Below, one piece after another: positions 17,876 to 19,186 of a DNA stretch of 19,186 nucleotides. The translations under genes were made by a program, and so were the position numbers. The first letter of the stretch is position 1. Every line of letters starts with the position of its first letter. This DNA is from Candidatus Eiseniibacteriota bacterium (GTDB taxonomy: Bacteria > Eisenbacteria > RBG-16-71-46 > DASYSL01): the NCBI GenBank assembly GCA_046598045.1, contig JBKJJJ010000098.1:1-19186 (forward strand), in the 5' to 3' direction. The notes under the pieces are model-generated. The model saw nothing but the letters and a program-made list of their open reading frames with translations, was not told the DNA's origin and did not search any database.

Positions 17876-18029
17876 CATTCCTTCGCTCCCGAGGCCGTGG
17901 GATTCCCCACGAAATTCCCCGCAGTCTGGGGAAGGCCCCGGGTCCCCCGGACCGGCTCCACACCTTGCACACCGCATAAAAGGCCGATTCTACGGGCCTT
18001 TCGAGGCTTCCACCGGGAACCCGCAAGAC

Positions 18030-18045
18030 TGGCACGCTCGATGCG
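18030..18045 (+). promoter_or_regulatory. Sigma54 (RpoN) -24/-12 promoter candidate for the peptide gene
   Basis: TGGCAC-GCTCG-ATGCG, with GG at 18031-32 and GC at 18043-44 (GG-N10-GC), about 85 nt upstream of ATG 18129. Confidence 0.65.
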
Positions 18046-18128
18046 ATAGACATCCATCGAATCCTGGCTGCACCCTCCCGAGGGTGGCCGGAAGATTCAC
18101 CAGGAACCCCGAAGAGGAGGCAAGGATC

Positions 18129-18302
18129 ATGTCGAAGAAGCTGACACCCAAGGTGGCCCCCAGGGCCAAGACCACGACCGACGCGAAGATCACCGGCAAG
18201 GGCACCGTTGCCACCTCGCGCGGCACCGTCGCCACTTCGCGCGGTACCGTTGCCACTTCGCGCGGTACGCTCACCACGTTGCGCAAGATCACCACGGACT
18301 AG
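18129..18302 (+). CDS. 57-aa basic Thr-rich heptad-repeat peptide; putative precursor/cargo of the adjacent export system
   Basis: GAGGAGG...AAGGA precedes the ATG. Sequence: MSKKLTPKVAPRAKTTTDAKITGK-GTVATSR-GTVATSR-GTVATSR-GTLTTLR-KITTD. The first three repeat copies differ only at synonymous third positions. Flanked by its own promoter and terminator. Confidence 0.85.
   Translation: MSKKLTPKVAPRAKTTTDAKITGKGTVATSRGTVATSRGTVATSRGTLTTLRKITTD
18201..18284 (+). repeat. 21-bp tandem repeat, 3 near-identical copies + 1 degenerate copy (coding)
   Basis: ggcaccgttgccacctcgcgc / ggcaccgtcgccacttcgcgc / ggtaccgttgccacttcgcgc / ggtacgctcaccacgttgcgc. Confidence 0.97.
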
Positions 18303-18342
18303 TTCGTCCGCAGAGCATCCTGCTGTCGTCACACCCGAGTTC

Positions 18343-18381
18343 AAACCGAAGGCCTCCCGGACGGGGAGGCCTTCGGTTTTT
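18343..18381 (+). terminator. Strong intrinsic terminator, probably bidirectional
   Basis: Perfect 16-bp inverted repeat AAACCGAAGGCCTCCC (18343-18358) / GGGAGGCCTTCGGTTT (18364-18379) with a 5-nt loop and T5 run, between the convergent peptide and hemQ-like genes. Confidence 0.9.
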
Positions 18382-18409
18382 GCGGTCGGTGGTCGGGACG
18401 GACTGCCGC

Positions 18410-19150
18410 TCAGCCGATGGTGTCGAGCACCGACTCGAACGTGCCGCGCACGCAGGTGAACGTCGGCGTGTCGCGCAGGGTGTAGCGGCTGGCGGCGGTC
18501 TCACGCAGGTCCTGCACGAGATCGAGGAAATCGTCGGCACGGTCGCTCTCGAACGCGACCACGAACTCCTGGTCGTCGAGCCCGAACGAGTACGTCGTGT
18601 TGAGCTTGACCGACGGGTAGGTCGTGCCCACGTGGATGTGCTCGCGCATCATCTTCTGGCGGGTCTCCGCGTCGAGCCCGTACCACTCGCGCGTCTTCAC
18701 GAACGGGTAGACGAACACGTATTTCTGGGTGCCCGGCACGACGGTCAGGCGGTCTTCCTCGTGGTCCGGATGGATGTGGTCCACGTAGGTCGAGCGCTTG
18801 GTCATGCCGAGGAGCGAGTACGGCGTCGCGAGGTACGGGCCCATTGCGCTCTTCATGAGCGCGGCGCCATGGCGCTGGAGCGGCTCGAGGTCGTAGTGAA
18901 TGCGCCACAGCATCAGGTCGACGTCGCCGCGGACCCCCACGCACGAATAGGGCACGAGGATCCCGCCCTCGGCGCGGAACGCCTCGCACGCCGCGACGAA
19001 GCCCTCGCGGCCCTTCGCCTTCGTGGCCGCGTCGAGCCCGCGCCACGCGGGGGCCACCTTCAAACCGTAGAACGAGACGAACTGTCGCCTGAGGCCGGTG
19101 GGCGCGCCCTGGGCGGGTCGCGCATGCGCGGCGGGCGCCGGGGTGGACAC
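18410..19150 (-). CDS. hemQ: Chlorite dismutase superfamily protein, most likely coproheme decarboxylase (ChdC/HemQ)
   Basis: Two-domain length, FVYPFVKTREWY (catalytic Tyr and Lys of ChdC), MREHIHVG (proximal His) and TYSFGLDDQEFVVAFE. Leu rather than Arg at the apparent distal position (VKLNTT). Confidence 0.82.
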   Translation of the reverse strand: MSTPAPAAHARPAQGAPTGLRRQFVSFYGLKVAPAWRGLDAATKAKGREGFVAACEAFRAEGGILVPYSCVGVRGDVDLMLWRIHYDLEPLQRHGAALMKSAMGPYLATPYSLLGMTKRSTYVDHIHPDHEEDRLTVVPGTQKYVFVYPFVKTREWYGLDAETRQKMMREHIHVGTTYPSVKLNTTYSFGLDDQEFVVAFESDRADDFLDLVQDLRETAASRYTLRDTPTFTCVRGTFESVLDTIG

Positions 19151-19186
19151 GACCGGCGTCGGGCCGGGATTGGAAGTCGAGGTCGG

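Noticed and set aside
1659..17979. Many long alternative-frame and antisense ORFs in the track (e.g. 1659..4001+, 2014..3915-, 7262..8896+, 13185..15794-, 15839..17977-, 16270..17979+)
   Set aside because: They are Arg/Ala/Gly/Pro-rich shadow frames of clearly identified genes, expected from stop-codon scarcity at high GC3, and contain no recognisable motifs.
18201..18284. 21-bp repeats as a CRISPR array or non-coding VNTR
   Set aside because: The copies are directly adjacent with no spacers, there are no cas genes, and the variation is synonymous in the peptide frame.
17990..18295. Antisense ORF with VATVPRE repeats (101 aa) as the real gene
   Set aside because: The plus-strand frame has the RBS, the sigma54-type promoter and a downstream terminator; the antisense ORF would start just beyond the terminator hairpin with no evident RBS. 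Not formally excluded.
12281..18381. Export locus as a mobile element or recently acquired island
   Set aside because: No integrase, transposase, tRNA or flanking direct repeats were seen, and GC content and codon style look like those of the neighbouring genes.

Overview
High-GC (roughly 70% by eye) bacterial window, probably from a diderm (lipoboxes, periplasmic adaptor proteins); the taxon cannot be fixed from sequence alone. Bases 1-12087 hold mostly minus-strand housekeeping and envelope genes: a DUF4159-like protein (partial), a lipoprotein, secF, secD, an M48 peptidase, rpiA, DUF1684, nhaA, a CPBP protease, a membrane protein, a PlsC-like acyltransferase, a hypothetical protein and a BrxA/BrxB bacilliredoxin. 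The window ends with a hemQ/chdC-like gene. Between brxA and hemQ lies a self-contained plus-strand locus (~12280-18381), which is the best candidate for an undescribed system. It encodes (i) an RND-type periplasmic adaptor lipoprotein, (ii) a PqqD/RRE-like + M50 peptidase + HlyD-like fusion and (iii) a tandem-GAF + TM + HlyD-like fusion, with no ABC ATPase, RND pump or TolC. These are followed by a 57-aa, very basic, Thr-rich peptide gene containing (GTVATSR)x3-GTLTTLR, with its own sigma54-type promoter, RBS and strong terminator. A second sigma54-type promoter and a terminator-like hairpin at the left end outline a possible ~170-nt sRNA or leader. My inference is a sigma54-regulated peptide processing and export system with a repeat-peptide cargo. 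All domain assignments are by motif recognition, not database searches.
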